A stretch of 64,000 bases of DNA from Octopus sinensis (taxonomy: Eukaryota): positions 16,244,001 to 16,308,000 of the forward strand of contig NC_043014.1 in NCBI RefSeq assembly GCF_006345805.1, given 5' to 3'. Below the pieces are notes generated by a model that had not been told where the DNA came from, made no database searches, and worked only from the letters and a program-made list of their open reading frames with translations. Made by a program: the position numbers and the translations under genes. This document shows, piece after piece, positions 45,640-59,410 of the stretch (position 1 is the stretch's first letter; the number at the start of each line of letters is the position of its first letter).

Positions 45640-46040
45640 TGCACATGCAAGTGCTACCAGTTAAAAGCTCTGTATACCGGAAGCTAGCAAGTGTATGGGG
45701 TCATCAGGAGAGAATGCACGCCGTTTCGGGGCCGACCTCTTGACGGCATCAATGCGCACCAGCCCCCCCTCACTGATATGAGGCTCCGCTTGCTAGATCA
45801 GCTGGTTATGAGGAACTCAATATACTTCTAGCCATCGCTCATCGTCTCTTTTTAACCAAATCCAGTGGCTAGCCTTCTCTACTGTAGATTGGATATTAGT
45901 CATGGTGGTATTGACTTTACGATGAGTTAGGCCTAGCGATAACAACAGTCGTCTCACGCTGTGTCCAACAAACCCTCTACATCCGACTTCGATAGGAAAA
46001 TGTTCCGCTTTCCAGCCTGCGTCTTCACATTCCTCGAGCA
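45640..46040 (-). mobile_element. Hero-like (REL-endonuclease) non-LTR retrotransposon 3' end
   Basis: EECEDAGWKAEHFPIEVGCRGFVG..VEKASHWIWLKRD resembles the C-terminus of Hero-type elements (EVGCRGF motif), followed by a short 3' UTR. Confidence 0.7.
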
Positions 46041-46279
46041 ATATATGTATATATAAATGCATATACATACATAAGAGGTATTGGTATCCAGAAGATTGAA
46101 GGTGGCAGGTATGTCTATGTAAGGACAGTAATGAAACTCTCAGTTTGATAATAATATGCGTGAGGAATCGAAAGCGGGTCTTGTATGAGAATGTATATAT
46201 GAAATAAAAGGAGACGACAAGGCCAAGGCTGTGTGGAATATTCAGGACATTAATAAAGAGAAAGGTAGTTTAACAGACA

Positions 46280-46440
46280 ACTGGCTTCTTTCAGTTTACT
46301 TCTATCAAATCCACTCAGAAGGCTTTCGTCTGCCCGAGGTTATAGTAGAAGACACTTAACCCAAGTTGCCATGCAGTGGGACTGAACATGAGACCATGTG
46401 GTCGGGAGGCAAGCTTCTTAGCACACAGCCATGCCATATT
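46280..46440 (-). mobile_element. SINE family A 5' half
   Basis: Reverse-complement head and core. Confidence 0.8.
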
Positions 46441-46494
46441 TATACACCTATGTTTATGAATATAAACACAGGTGTGTACATAAACATATGAATA

Positions 46495-46546
<52 letters not shown>

Positions 46547-46603
46547 TATATATACATATACACATACATATATATATACATACACATATATATATATACA
46601 TAC

Positions 46604-46636
<33 letters not shown>

Positions 46637-46729
46637 CATACATATATATATATACATACATATATATATATACACACATATATACATACATATATATATA
46701 CACACATATATACATATATATATATATAT

Positions 46730-46776
<47 letters not shown>

Positions 46777-46950
46777 TATACACACATATATACATACATA
46801 TATATATATATATACATATAGATATATACATATATATATACATACATATATATATATATACACACACACATATATATATATATACTCACATATATACATA
46901 AATATATATCTACATATATATATATACATATATATATACATACATATATA
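46440..46950. repeat. (TA)n/(TACA)n compound microsatellite
   Basis: Direct reading. Confidence 0.95.
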
Positions 46951-47356
46951 TCTCTATATATAAAACTGAAATGCGTTTTTACCGCTTGGATCGCTTTCAA
47001 TGCCACTACATCCCGTCCGATTCGCTCCAAAATTTACAGGGACATGTAGAATGAGGTGACGATGCGCGTGGGCTACCTTACAAATCCCTATCTTAAAAGG
47101 TGTGGTTGCTTGGGGCCATCTTCCTCACTCACCCTATTTCCTCCTTTCCCTCTCTTACTCCTCTTCATAACTTTCAGAAGTCCACTACGGTTATTTAAAG
47201 TATCTGTCACTATCGCTATTTCCTTTCTTTTTCACTGACTCTGTTTCCTACCTTCCTATTACTTCGGCGGCGCTCTTTTAAGTGTATGTCTGTCACCAAC
47301 AATCAACACACGAGCATGAGAACAAATATTATGAATCAGATATTCTTGCGTTCATT

Positions 47357-47387
<31 letters not shown>

Positions 47388-47389
47388 TC

Positions 47390-47640
47390 TATATATATAT
47401 ATGTATATATAATGTATGTGTGTGTGTGTGTTCTATATATAAATATGTATATATAATGTATGTGTGTGTGTGTTCTATATATAAATATGTATATATAATG
47501 TATGTGTGTGTGTATGTTCTATATATAAATATGTATATATAATGTATGTGTGTGTGTGTGTGTGTTCTATATATAAATAGGTATATATAATGTATGTGTG
47601 TGTGTGTGTGTTCTATATATAAATATGTATATATAATGTA
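47390..47640. repeat. Minisatellite built from microsatellite blocks, about 44-50 bp x5-6
   Basis: gttctatatataaatatgtatatataatgtat(gt)n repeated. Confidence 0.9.
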
Positions 47641-47790
47641 TATATACAAAGCGTATATATCTGTATTTATGTATATTAAACATTTTCATATTTTTTCATA
47701 GTTTATATAATTTTAAAACAAATTATGAATATAATTTCATAATTTTCATTTTCAATTTAAATAATTTAAAGTTTTCAATTTTATATTTTA

Positions 47791-48803
47791 CTAGCAGTAT
47801 CGCCCGGCGTTGCTCGGGTTTGTAAGGGAAATAACTATATAAGCATTTTTAGTGAGTTATAGCAAAAAAAAAGCAAAAAATGCATTAAAGATGGAATAAA
47901 AAATGATAGTAATTTCTTTTTAAATCGTTGACTCATCGTAGACATTTTTAGAGAGTTACTTCCCTTATATAATAGCGAAAAATGCATTAAAATGGAATAA
48001 AAAATGATGGTAATTTTTTTTTTAATCGTTGACTCATCGTAGACATTTTTAGAGAGTTACTTCCCTTATATAATAGCGAAAAATGCATTAAAATGGAATA
48101 AAAAATTATGGTAATTTTTTTTTTAAATCGTAGACTCATCGTAGACGCGCGTTAATATCCAGAAGGCTCGATATGAATCACGACTATAAGATACCGGTTT
48201 TGGTTACACTGCACCGCAAAATGTCGGAGTAGTTAGGAATCTAAATCGTAGGAGACAGACACACAACCTTACTTTTATATATAAAGATTTGTGCAACAAC
48301 TAAAACATTCGGTTGTGCAAATTGTTTGCACAGGAAACCTGCCCTGTGTGGCGGTTTTTGCCGTTTTTGTGGATCTGTTTCAGCTTTTTTTGCGATTTCT
48401 GTTTTGGCGACTTCAAGCCATGAAGTCGTTGTTCTAAAAGAACGCTGGTCTCCTCCACAACACATTACGACGTTGATTTCCTTACACTCCCTTCCCCACA
48501 GCTTCACGAGGGAGGGAAGAAGGGGGAGAAGCAAAACAGGTGCAGGCGTGAGCGTGGACGCCAACTCCGCCGCCATCGACACACGAAAAAATATGCATTA
48601 AAATGGAATAAAAAATGATGTTAAATTATTTTTAAAATCGTACACTCATCGTAGACGCGTGCTAATACCCAGACGGGCTCGATATGAATCACGACTATAA
48701 GATACCCGAATTTGGTTAAACTGCAACGCAAAATTTGGGAGTAGTTAGGAATCTAAATCGAAGGGGACAGACACTCACACAACTACAGTTTTATATATAT
48801 AGA
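47791..48803 (-). mobile_element. Composite non-autonomous Helitron (two 5' ends, one 3' end)
   Basis: CTAG + hairpin at 47791; TC-type 5' ends at about 48287 and 48803; internal about 125-bp tandem duplication at 47870-48130. Confidence 0.82.
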
Positions 48804-48946
48804 TATATTTTCTATGTTATATTTTCTTTTTTTATATTTTTGTTTTTGGTTTTTCACTGTTTGATTTGCCTATTAGTGGTTTTATCTCTAATTTAATTTA
48901 TACAGATATATATCTCATTTGTATACATTTGTATATATAATGCGTG

Positions 48947-48980
<34 letters not shown>

Positions 48981-49809
48981 CACATATATATATGTGTGCA
49001 TTACGTAGTCGGTCGATTCACCTGAAAATATGCACACCTATGTTAAAGGTGCTGACAAGTTTGCATCACAACTATTTTGTTCCTCAAATGAAAGGCGTCA
49101 CCTCTTGGACAAAATTCCTCATCTTATAAAATGTGGCCCCAGTACACCCGAATGAAATCGGGTTATATTAACCAAAATGTGAAAAGGGGTCTAAATGGGG
49201 CTGGAAGGGGATTAAAATTTCAAAGAGCGGGTGTTTAGGAATTCTCTGTTGCATCAAGCTAAAAAATTTGCGCCAGCCTTTTAATCGTCAATGTGTTGCC
49301 ATCCATGATAAAGAAGTTTTGAATGCTTGCCATGCTGAGTCTACTGTCGTGAGAAAGAATCACTTCAAAACTTGGTGTTTACGAATTTTCTTTTACATCA
49401 AGTTCAAAATTTTACGCCAGCCGTTAAACTGTCACTATGTTGCTGTCCGTCGTTAACAAATGCCAGCCATGGTGACTCTACTATCCTCAGATTCTATCCC
49501 TTCAAATTTTGCTTTCCAATATTTTATTATTTTTATTCAGCTCGCAAGTTCGTCTGTCCCTTTTGAATGTTAGCGTTTTGCTGTCTGCCTTGAAGCAGAC
49601 CTTTCCATTGCCACTGCCTCATATTTCTGATTGATCTTTCTAAATATTTTATTTCTCAACTTACTCAAGATCTTCTGTTGTTTATAAATGGGAGAGAGAT
49701 AGATAAAGATAGAGAGTAAGAGAAAGCGAGGGAGAGTCAGAGAGAGAAAAGAAAAGTAAGAGAGTGGGAAAGTGAGAGAGAAAAGAGAGAGAGAAACAAA
49801 TACGGAGAA

Positions 49810-50110
49810 TCATCATCATCATCATCGTTTAACGTCCATTTTCCGTGCTAGCACGGGTTGGGCAGTGTGACCGGGGTCTCGGAAGCCAGGAGGCTGCACC
49901 AGGCTCCAGTCTGATCTGGCAGTGTTTCTACAGGTGGATGACCTTCATAACGCCAACCACACTGTGAGTGTAGTGAGTGATTTATTCGTGCTGCCGGGGG
50001 CGCTCGCAGTGGCAACGATCGGTTGGTGCTTTTTACGTGCCACCAGCACAGAAGCAAGTCAAGGCGGTGCTGCAATCGGCCACGTTCGGATGGTGCTTTT
50101 TACGTGCTGA
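49810..50110 (-). mobile_element. RTE 3' tail fragment (family C)
   Basis: (CAT)n + tail + ggtgctttttacgtgc units. Confidence 0.8.
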
Positions 50111-50699
50111 AAGGAAGCAACAGAAAGTAACACCCACACTCTTACCCGCGCGTAGAGCGGGTCACCTTCAGCTAGTATATATATATATACATATATACAT
50201 ACATACATATATATATATATACATATGCGCTGTATTTTGCAGCAAACAAGTGAACACAGAGTATTGTGTAAACATGGGGTGTGCGTGTGCATGATGTATA
50301 TAATAAACAACAGTTCATAAAGTATTCAATAGAGGGTGTAGATCAAACCAGAGAACAAATAAAAGAGCAGAGCCAAAATGGAGAGAAATTGCTTGTTGTT
50401 TCAGAAATAAACCATGAAATAATATTGTCAAGGCACTGATTAGTTATTGATTAGTTCTAGATTGATACTATATTGGCAATAGATTGATAATATTCTTGTA
50501 TCTTTTGCTTGTTTCAGTTGTTGGACTGTGCTGTGACCATTCTGGGGCACCACTTTGGAATGTTTGGTTGGACAAATTGCACCCCAGCCTCTGCCCACCC
50601 ATTGACCTTTGCGCTTATTTTTATTGGTCACTTTTGTTGAGCTGCTAAGTTTAGGGGTGTAAACAAACCAACACAACGCACACACACACATATACCAAC

Positions 50700-50865
50700 C
50701 ACTACACTCATGGAGTGGTTGGCGTTAGGAAGAGCATCCAGCTGTGGAAACCTTGCTGGATCAAATTGGAGCCTGGTGCAGCCTCCTGGCTTGCCAGTCC
50801 TCAGACCGGCTGTCCAACCCATGCCAGCATGGAAAGCAGACTTTAAACAATGACGATGCTGATGA
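50700..50865 (+). mobile_element. RTE 3' tail fragment (family C)
   Basis: ggagtggttggcgttaggaagagcatccagc..aaacaatgacgatg. Confidence 0.78.
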
Positions 50866-50929
50866 CACACAAACATACACATATATATACACATCAAGAT
50901 AGCCTCACTAATCCTGTAGCCATGAATAA

Positions 50930-51345
<416 letters not shown>

Positions 51346-51734
51346 GCATCCAGGCCACACTGCCAACAGTTTGGCACTAGGAAGGGCACCCCAACCATAA
51401 AGGGCATCCCAAAAGCAGACCCTTGAGGACAATGCTGTCTTGGGACCCATTTGATTCTGCGAAACCCTAGCCCCACCCATGCCAGCATGGAACATGGGAC
51501 GTTCAACAATGATGAAAACAAGAGTGGTTGGTCTTATTTTGCCAGTACATGGTGACCTCACTGGGGCAGGTGCACCATGTAGAAGAGTGTCCAGTGATAG
51601 GAATGGTAACAAGTTGCAGAGACCTTGCCAAGGTAGACATAGAACCTGGCAGAGCCCTCTGAGTCACATGATCTTGTCGAACCGTCCAACCCATGCCGGC
51701 AAGGGAAAAGGAATGTTGGATGATGACAATGATG

Positions 51735-52380
51735 TATTCTTTTACTTGTTTCAGTCATTTGACTGCAGCCATGCTGGAGCACCACCTCAAAGAATCTTTA
51801 TTTGAATTAAATCAACCCCAGGACTTGTACTCTGCAAACTTGGCACTTATTCCATCAATCTCTTTTGCCAAACTGATAAGTTATAGGGATGTAAACACAC
51901 CAACACTGGTTGTCAAAGTGATGGTGAGGGACAAACACAGACAAAAAGACACACATAAATAAATAAATACACATATATATGATGGGATTCTTTCAGTTTC
52001 TGTCTACCAAATCCATTCACAAGGCTTTGGTCAGCCTGAGGCTTATATATTTCTTTACTGCCCACAAGGGGCTAAACACAGAGGGGACAAACAAGGACAG
52101 ACTAAGGGATTAAGTCAACTATATCAACCCCAGTGCGAAACTGGTACTTATTTAATCGACCCCGAAAAGATGAAAGGCAAAGTCGACCTTGGCGGAATTT
52201 GAACTCAGAACGTAATGACAGACGAAATACCGCTAAGCATTTCGCCTGGTGCGCTAACGTTTCTTCCAGCTCACCACCTGTCATTCTGAGGCTTATAGTA
52301 GGAGGCATTTGCCCAAGATGCCATGCAGTGGGACTGATCCTGGAACCATGCGGTTGGGAATGCTTCTTAGCACAGAGTTA
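51735..52380 (-). mobile_element. Older SINE A interrupted by a SINE B insertion (about 52048-52285) with a 12-bp TSD
   Basis: ctgaggcttata at 52036-52047 and 52286-52297. Confidence 0.85.
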
Positions 52381-52969
52381 CCCCTGCGCTTATCATTAAT
52401 AATGATCAAGTGCCACAAAAGGCCCGTGGTGGTTAGCTGGTGTCTGAAAGTGAATTAAAAGGAAAGATGGTAACCACTAGCAGAACATATTCCTTGAAGC
52501 TAAAAATTCTAGAACAGCAGCTCCTCATCCCCATCTTTCATTGTGTCTTTTGCCAGTCCTTAACATTTCTTTGTTGAAGGGCCTTATCTTCTGGGTAAGG
52601 TACTGAATACACCAGTGCTGTGGCCAAGCAGAAAGTGCCCAGTACATTCTATTCAGGATGGAAGGATGTTTGGAAGGGCACCCAGCTGTAGACACCATGC
52701 CAAAACAGCCCTCAAGCTTCTCTGTTCTTGCCAAACAGTCCAACCAATGCCAACATGGGAAGGTCATTAAATTATGATATATACATACATATATACACAT
52801 GTAAGCATTAATATGAATGTAATATGTACATGTGTATGTATCGACAATTCTTTCATTATTTTCAAATTAGATGTTGCTTTCTCCAATAGCAAATATATAA
52901 CGCCCAATTTTCCGTAATCAACATTATAACATAATCTACACAGAATCTAAACAACTATATGCATACAAC

Positions 52970-53002
<33 letters not shown>

Positions 53003-53439
53003 AACACGAATTATTACATATTTATGTATACTCCTGTATATATATATATATACATATGTGCATAGGCATATATATATATATATATATATACACACAAACA
53101 AGTACATACACACACACATAAGTATATGTATATACATATATATACACACATGTATGTGATGCATTTTGCAGGAATTTTAATCCAACAGTCTTTGAGAACT
53201 TAATTCTTGTTCCAACACAAAAGCCTGTGTGTTCATATCAATCTACATATATATATGTATATACATATGTACGTGTGTTTATACACACATACATACATGC
53301 ACACATATATATATATGTATGTGTATACATACATATATATTCCAGACTGATGAAGAACAGTGACTTTGAAACTAGTCATAATAATGAAGAAATAGAAACA
53401 TTTTTTTCACGAAATTCTGATGACTTTTTCTCTCTCTCT

Positions 53440-53480
<41 letters not shown>

Positions 53481-53489
53481 ATATATAGA

Positions 53490-53708
53490 AACAGTGAGCT
53501 TCTCTCAGTTTTCATCTACCGCACCCACTCACAAGGACTTGGTTGACCTGAGGCTATACTAGAAGACACTTGCCAAAGGTGCCATAAAGGGGGCTGTGTG
53601 GTCAGAAGCTTGCTTCCCAACCACATGGTTCTGGGTTTAGTCCCTCTGAATGGTACCTTGGGCAAGCACCTTCTACTATAGCCTCAGGCTGACCAAAGCC
53701 TTGTGAGC

Positions 53709-53710
<2 letters not shown>
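53490..53710. mobile_element. Head-to-head SINE A halves (- then +)
   Basis: Core sequences in opposite orientation meeting near 53590. Confidence 0.7.
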
Positions 53711-53745
<35 letters not shown>

Positions 53746-53761
53746 CTGTATGTATGTATAT

Positions 53762-53990
53762 ACCTATTTCTTTACTACCCACAAGGGGCTAAACACAGAA
53801 GGGACAAACAAGGACAGACAAATTTATCAAGTCGATTATATCGACGCCAGTGCGTAACTGGTACTTAATTTATCGACCCCAAATGGATAAAAGGCAAGGT
53901 CAACCTCGGCGGAATTTGAACTCAGAACGTAATGGCAGACGAAATACAGCTACGCATTTCGCCCGGCTTGCTAACGTTTCTGCCAGCTCA
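53762..53990 (-). mobile_element. SINE family B
   Basis: Diagnostic head/core/tail. Confidence 0.87.
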
Positions 53991-54059
53991 CTGCCTTGGG
54001 GGCAGCCTCCCTAACACCCTTCAGGCTTCCAGCACAGGGTGCAAAGGCACCCCTCCACC

Positions 54060-54609
54060 CTTCTTTCAGTTTCTGTTTACCAAATCCACTTACAAGGCTT
54101 TGGTCGGTCCAAGGCTATAGTAGAGGACTCTTGCTCAAGGTGCCCAGCAGTGGAACTGAACCCAGAACCAAGTGGTTGGGAAGCAAGCTACTTACCACAC
54201 AGCCACTATATATGTGCGTGTATATATATATATATGAGTGGCTGTGTGGTAAGTAGCTTGCTTACCAACCATATGGTTCCGGGTTCAGTCTCACTGCGTG
54301 GCATCTTGGGCAAGTGTCTTCTGCTATAGCCTCGGGCCGACCAAAACCTTGTGAGTGGATTTGGTAGACAGAAACTGAAAGAAGCCTGTTGTATATATGT
54401 TTGTGTGTCTGTGTTTGTCCCCCTAGCATTGCTTGACAACCGATGCTGGTGTGTTTACGTCCCCGTCACTTAGCGGTTCAGCAAAAGAGGCCGATAGAAT
54501 AAGTACTGGGCTTACAAAAGAATAAGTCCCAGGGTCGATTTGCTCAACTAAAGGCGGTGCTCCAGCATGGCCGCAGTCAAATGACTGAAACAAGTAAAAG
54601 AGTAAAGAG

Positions 54610-54610
<1 letters not shown>
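54060..54610. mobile_element. Head-to-head SINE A pair (- 54060-54205, + 54236-54610)
   Basis: Inverted heads separated by about 30 bp of TA. Confidence 0.85.
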
Positions 54611-54646
<36 letters not shown>

Positions 54647-54825
54647 GGAAGCGTCTTGTGTATGCTTATACTTATACATACATATATACAACACACACAC
54701 ACACATACGTATACATACACTTTATATGCAACTAAGGTGTAGAAGATTTGGCCTCAACTTCCAGAACAATGTTGGTGAGTGTGTGCGTATATGTATATAT
54801 ACATATATATATATATACATATATA

Positions 54826-55170
54826 TCATCATCATCATTTAGCGTCCGTTTTCCATGCTAGCATGGGTTGGACGGTTCTACTGGGGTCTGTGAAGCCAGA
54901 AGGCTTCATCAGGCCCAGTCAAATCTGGCAGTGTTTCTACGGCTGGATGCCCTTCCTAACGCCAACCACTCCGTGAGTGTAGTGGGTGCTTTTTACGTGC
55001 CACCCGCACTGGTGCCAGACAGAGCTGGCAAACGGCCACGAACGGATGGTGCTTTTTATGTGCCACCGGCACGAGGGCCAGGCGAGGCTGGCAACGGACA
55101 CGAAACGGGGCGGTGCTGGCAACGGTCGCGAAACGGAAAGTTCTCTTACATGCCACCGGCACTGGTAACA
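54826..55170 (-). mobile_element. RTE 3' tail with 2-3 repeat units
   Basis: Same as 30446-31230 with fewer units. Confidence 0.82.
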
Positions 55171-55788
55171 CATCTGCAATTTCCATTGATCGATTTCCAT
55201 TGATCGATTTCGATTATATATATATATATATCTCTTATTATAAAAGGCAGATTTTATCTGCCTCCCTTTGGGAGTTATACAAATCTACAATATAGGATTT
55301 CTTCAATTACAATTTACCTTGCAGTTTTAAGAGTACAATGCATCGCGTCATGCCAGGTCCAGTTTTTAAAATTTAAACTCCAATTAAGCAAAATTTACAG
55401 AAAACTCACATTCTGGTGTGTGTGTCAAATGCTTTTCTTAGTCTGGTTTACAGCACACGCAAACGCACACACACAGTGGGCAACGAATAAAATGAAAGTA
55501 ACTGACTTACTGTAGTGAGTGATTCTTTCACTCTGCCTCCCACTTCCTGTTTCAACACATAGACACGCAAATATATAAATAAAATTGTAAGCTAACGTGC
55601 GTGTGTGTGAGTGGGTGTGTGTGGGTGTGCGCGTGTGTGTGTGTGGGTGTGCGCGTGTGTGTGTGTGGGTGTGCGCGTGTGTGTGTGTGTGAGGGTGCGT
55701 GTCTGTGTGTGTGTGTGTGCGTGTGCGTGAGTGTGTGACAGGAAAGTTTCTTACGACGAATATAACACCTATATCCAAGTAGCAGAAA

Positions 55789-56265
55789 GATAAGACAGTA
55801 AGGTGTGATTTGAGGGAGATTTGGCTGCTATTTCTACCATGTCTAGCTGCCATGTAGGGGTCTCCCTCATAGGCTCATACATACATATATACATAGATAA
55901 GACAGTAAGGTGTGATTTGGGGGAAATTTGGCTGCTATTTCTACCAGGTCTAGCTGCCATGTAGGGGTCTCCCTCATAGGCTCATACATACATATATACA
56001 TAGATAAGACAGTAAGGTGTGATTTGGGGGAAATTTGGCTGCTATTTCTACCAGGTCTAGCTGCCATGTAGGGGTCTCCCTCATAGGCTCATACATACAT
56101 ATATACATAGATAAGACAGTAAGGTGTGATTTGGGGGAAATTTGACTGCTATTTCTACCAGGTCTAGCTACCATGTAGAGGTCCCCCTCATGGCTCATAT
56201 ATATATACATACATAAGACAGTAAGGTGTGATTTGAGGGAGATTTGGCTGCTATTTCTACCAGGT
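55789..56265. repeat. Tandem repeat, 107-bp unit x4.5
   Basis: taagacagtaagg at 55791, 55898, 56005, 56112 and 56214. Confidence 0.93.
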
Positions 56266-56630
56266 CTGTTAGGCCTTCTCATGTAAACTCAAGCTTTCTC
56301 ATGCCTTGAACAAGACCAAAGCAGAGAATGTATTCTTTTATTCTTCTGCTTTTTCCAGCCATTGGTCTGTGGCCATGCTGGGGCAATGCCTTGAAGAATT
56401 GTAGTTTAATGAATCAACTCCAGTTTTATTTTGTAAGCATTGTACTTATTCTATCTGTTTCCTTTGTCAAACCACTAGGTGACAGGGATGTAAACAAACC
56501 AACATTCGTTGTCAAGCAGTGGTGGAGGACAATCACAAGCACAGACACGCACACACACACACATACATGCATACACATATACACACATACATACATACAT
56601 ACATATATATATATGTGTGTATATATATAT

Positions 56631-56883
56631 TGCAGCCTGGAAGGTGTTTGTAAGCCATTTAAGAAACACACAAAAACTGTTACATTCACTTCAACATTTA
56701 AATTTAATTTGCCAAAATATTTTCGTCGCTTTGAGACCGCGACCTGTTCACTGACAAAAATATCGTGCTAACAGGTCGCGGTCTCAAAGCGATGAAAAAT
56801 TTTGACAAATAAATTTAAATGTTGAAGTGAATCTAACGGTTTTTGTGTTTCTTAAATGGCTTATAAACACCTTCAACGCTGCA
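56631..56883. repeat. Fold-back (hairpin) element, arms about 115 bp, 21-nt loop
   Basis: 56631-56748 is the reverse complement of 56770-56883 with scattered mismatches. Confidence 0.9.
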
Positions 56884-57045
56884 ACTGTTTTCGTTCCAGC
56901 ACACGATCTCAGATCAAGTCACTTGCTATGCAAGTACATCTCTGTAACTATATATATATTATATATATATATATATGTATATTGGTAAAAACAGTAAGAT
57001 AACAAAAGAAAGAAAGAGACCTCAATATTATGTAAATAGAGGAAA

Positions 57046-57437
57046 TCTTTATATATAAAAGTGAGGTTGTGTGTCTGTCCTACGATTTAGATTCCTAACT
57101 ACTCCCACATTTTGCGGTGCAGTTTAACCAAAACCGGGTATCTTATAGTCGTGATTCATATCGAGACCGTCTGGGTATTAGCGCGCGTCTACGATGAGTC
57201 TACGATTTAAAAAAAAATTTACCATCAATTATCCCATTTTTAATCCATTTTTGACATATATAAGGGAAGTAACTCTCTAAAATTTATTATTAAATCTCAG
57301 AACGTAAAAAGCTACAGGAACACCCCTCCCCCTTTGTGGTTAGCCATATTGAGATGGCTATTATACTTTACATCTCTAAAACTGCTTATATAATTATTTC
57401 CCTTACAAACCCGAGCAACGCCGGGCGATACTGCTAG
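57046..57437 (+). mobile_element. Non-autonomous Helitron
   Basis: A|TCTTTATATATAAAAG ... cccgagcaacgccgggcgatactgCTAG|T. Confidence 0.88.
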
Positions 57438-57442
57438 TATAC

Positions 57443-57514
<72 letters not shown>

Positions 57515-57707
57515 TGGGGGCATAGTTACACACACATGCGCACAGAAGCAAATAGACACACAATCGGGAGGAGGACACACAGACAGACAAATAGGAAAGG
57601 GTGAAAGGGCATGGAGGCCAGTGTGGAACTGTGCCAAGGAAACTGGTTAATGGTGTGTAGAAACTGTAGAAAGATGAGTGTGTATACACGCACACACTAT
57701 ATATATA

Positions 57708-58155
57708 TCATCATCATCGTTTAACGTCCGTTTTCCGCACTGGCACGGGTTGGACAGTTCGACCGGGGTCTCGGAAGCCAGGAGCTGCATCAGGCTCTAG
57801 TCTCATCTGGCAGTGTTTCTACAGCTGGATGCCCTTCCTAACGCCAACCACTCCGCGAGTGTAGTGGGTGCTTTTTACGTGCCACCGGCACAGGTGCCGG
57901 GGAGTCTGGAATCGGCAACGATCAGTTGGTGCTTTTAATGTGTCACCGGCACCAAAGCCAGCCGAGGGGTCGCTGGCATCGGCCACATTCGGATGGTGCT
58001 TTTTATGTGCCACCGGCACAGAAGCCAGTCGAGGCGGCACTGGCAACGACAACAATCGGTTGGTGCTTTTTATGTGCCACCGGCACAGAAGCCAGCCAGG
58101 GCGGCGCTGGCATCGGCCACGTTCGGACGGTGCTTTTTATGTGCCTCCGGCACAA
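57708..58155 (-). mobile_element. RTE 3' tail with about 5 repeat units
   Basis: ggtgcttttt anchors repeated at about 60-70 bp spacing. Confidence 0.82.
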
Positions 58156-58222
58156 TATATATAAACACGTTAACAACATACGGATGCTAATAAAACAAAG
58201 AGGTTCAACGTGTAATAGGTAG

Positions 58223-58279
<57 letters not shown>

Positions 58280-58439
58280 AGAGTGGGTGGGGTAGGTGGG
58301 GGTTGGAGGTGGTGGGTGAGGGGGAGGTGCCTGTCCCCTGTGTATTAAGCAATAGTCAGGTTCTAATAGGGGGGAAGTGGCAGGTTGTGTCTATATAGGT
58401 CTATGTACACATACACATACCAGTGTGTGTGTGTATATG

Positions 58440-58488
<49 letters not shown>

Positions 58489-58687
58489 ATTCAAAGTGCA
58501 GGTAACCGAGGGGGGGGGCGAGTAGCACCTATATCGCTAGAAATAAGAATTAAAAACCCTCGGAGCTGCAAGAAAGCATGTTTTTAATTCTTATTTCCAT
58601 TGGTTAATATAACTTGCTTATATAAAGATTCTAAAAGAATCGAAATTCATGACAGATATTCTTTTTGAAACTTCTAGAATCTTTATA

Positions 58688-59075
58688 GATATTTCTTTAC
58701 TACCCACAAGGGGCTAAACACAGAGGGGACAAACAAGGACAGACAAAGGGATTAAGTCGATTACATCGACCCCAGTGCGTAACTGGTACTTAATTTATCG
58801 ACCCCGAAAGGATGAAAGGCAAAGTCGACCTCGGCGGAATTTGAACTCAGAACGTAATGGCAGACGAAATACTTATTTCTTTACTACTCACATGGGCTAA
58901 ACACAGAGAGGACAAACAAGGACAGACAAAGGGATTAAGTCGATTACATCGACCCCAGTGCGTAACTGGTACTTAATTTATCAACCCCGAAAGGATGAAA
59001 GGCAAAGTCGACCTCGACGGAATTTGAACTCAGAACGTAACGGCAGACGAAATACGGCGACGCATTTCACCCGAC
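58688..59075 (-). mobile_element. Tandem SINE B dimer
   Basis: Two consecutive tails atttctttact at about 58690 and 58875. Confidence 0.87.
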
Positions 59076-59321
59076 GAAATATATATGAGCAAGTTATATT
59101 AACCAATGGAATAAAACTAAAGTGATAATCCTTCAGCAAAGACATTACGTCATATTGCCAATTCGCGCCACATTTCAAAATGGCTAAGATGGCTATTGCT
59201 ACATCAGTCGCGGTTTTCTGTTTATTCTACCTTAAGCTTTCTCTTAGGTTATATTATTTATTTAGGCTTTCTCTGAGTAAGGGAAAATATAATGATTCAA
59301 CGTCACTTATACTTAAGTGTT

Positions 59322-59358
<37 letters not shown>

Positions 59359-59410
59359 GTTTAAATATTGTTGTGCAAGATTTTTTATGTGAAGTCGTGT
59401 GTTGAAACAG

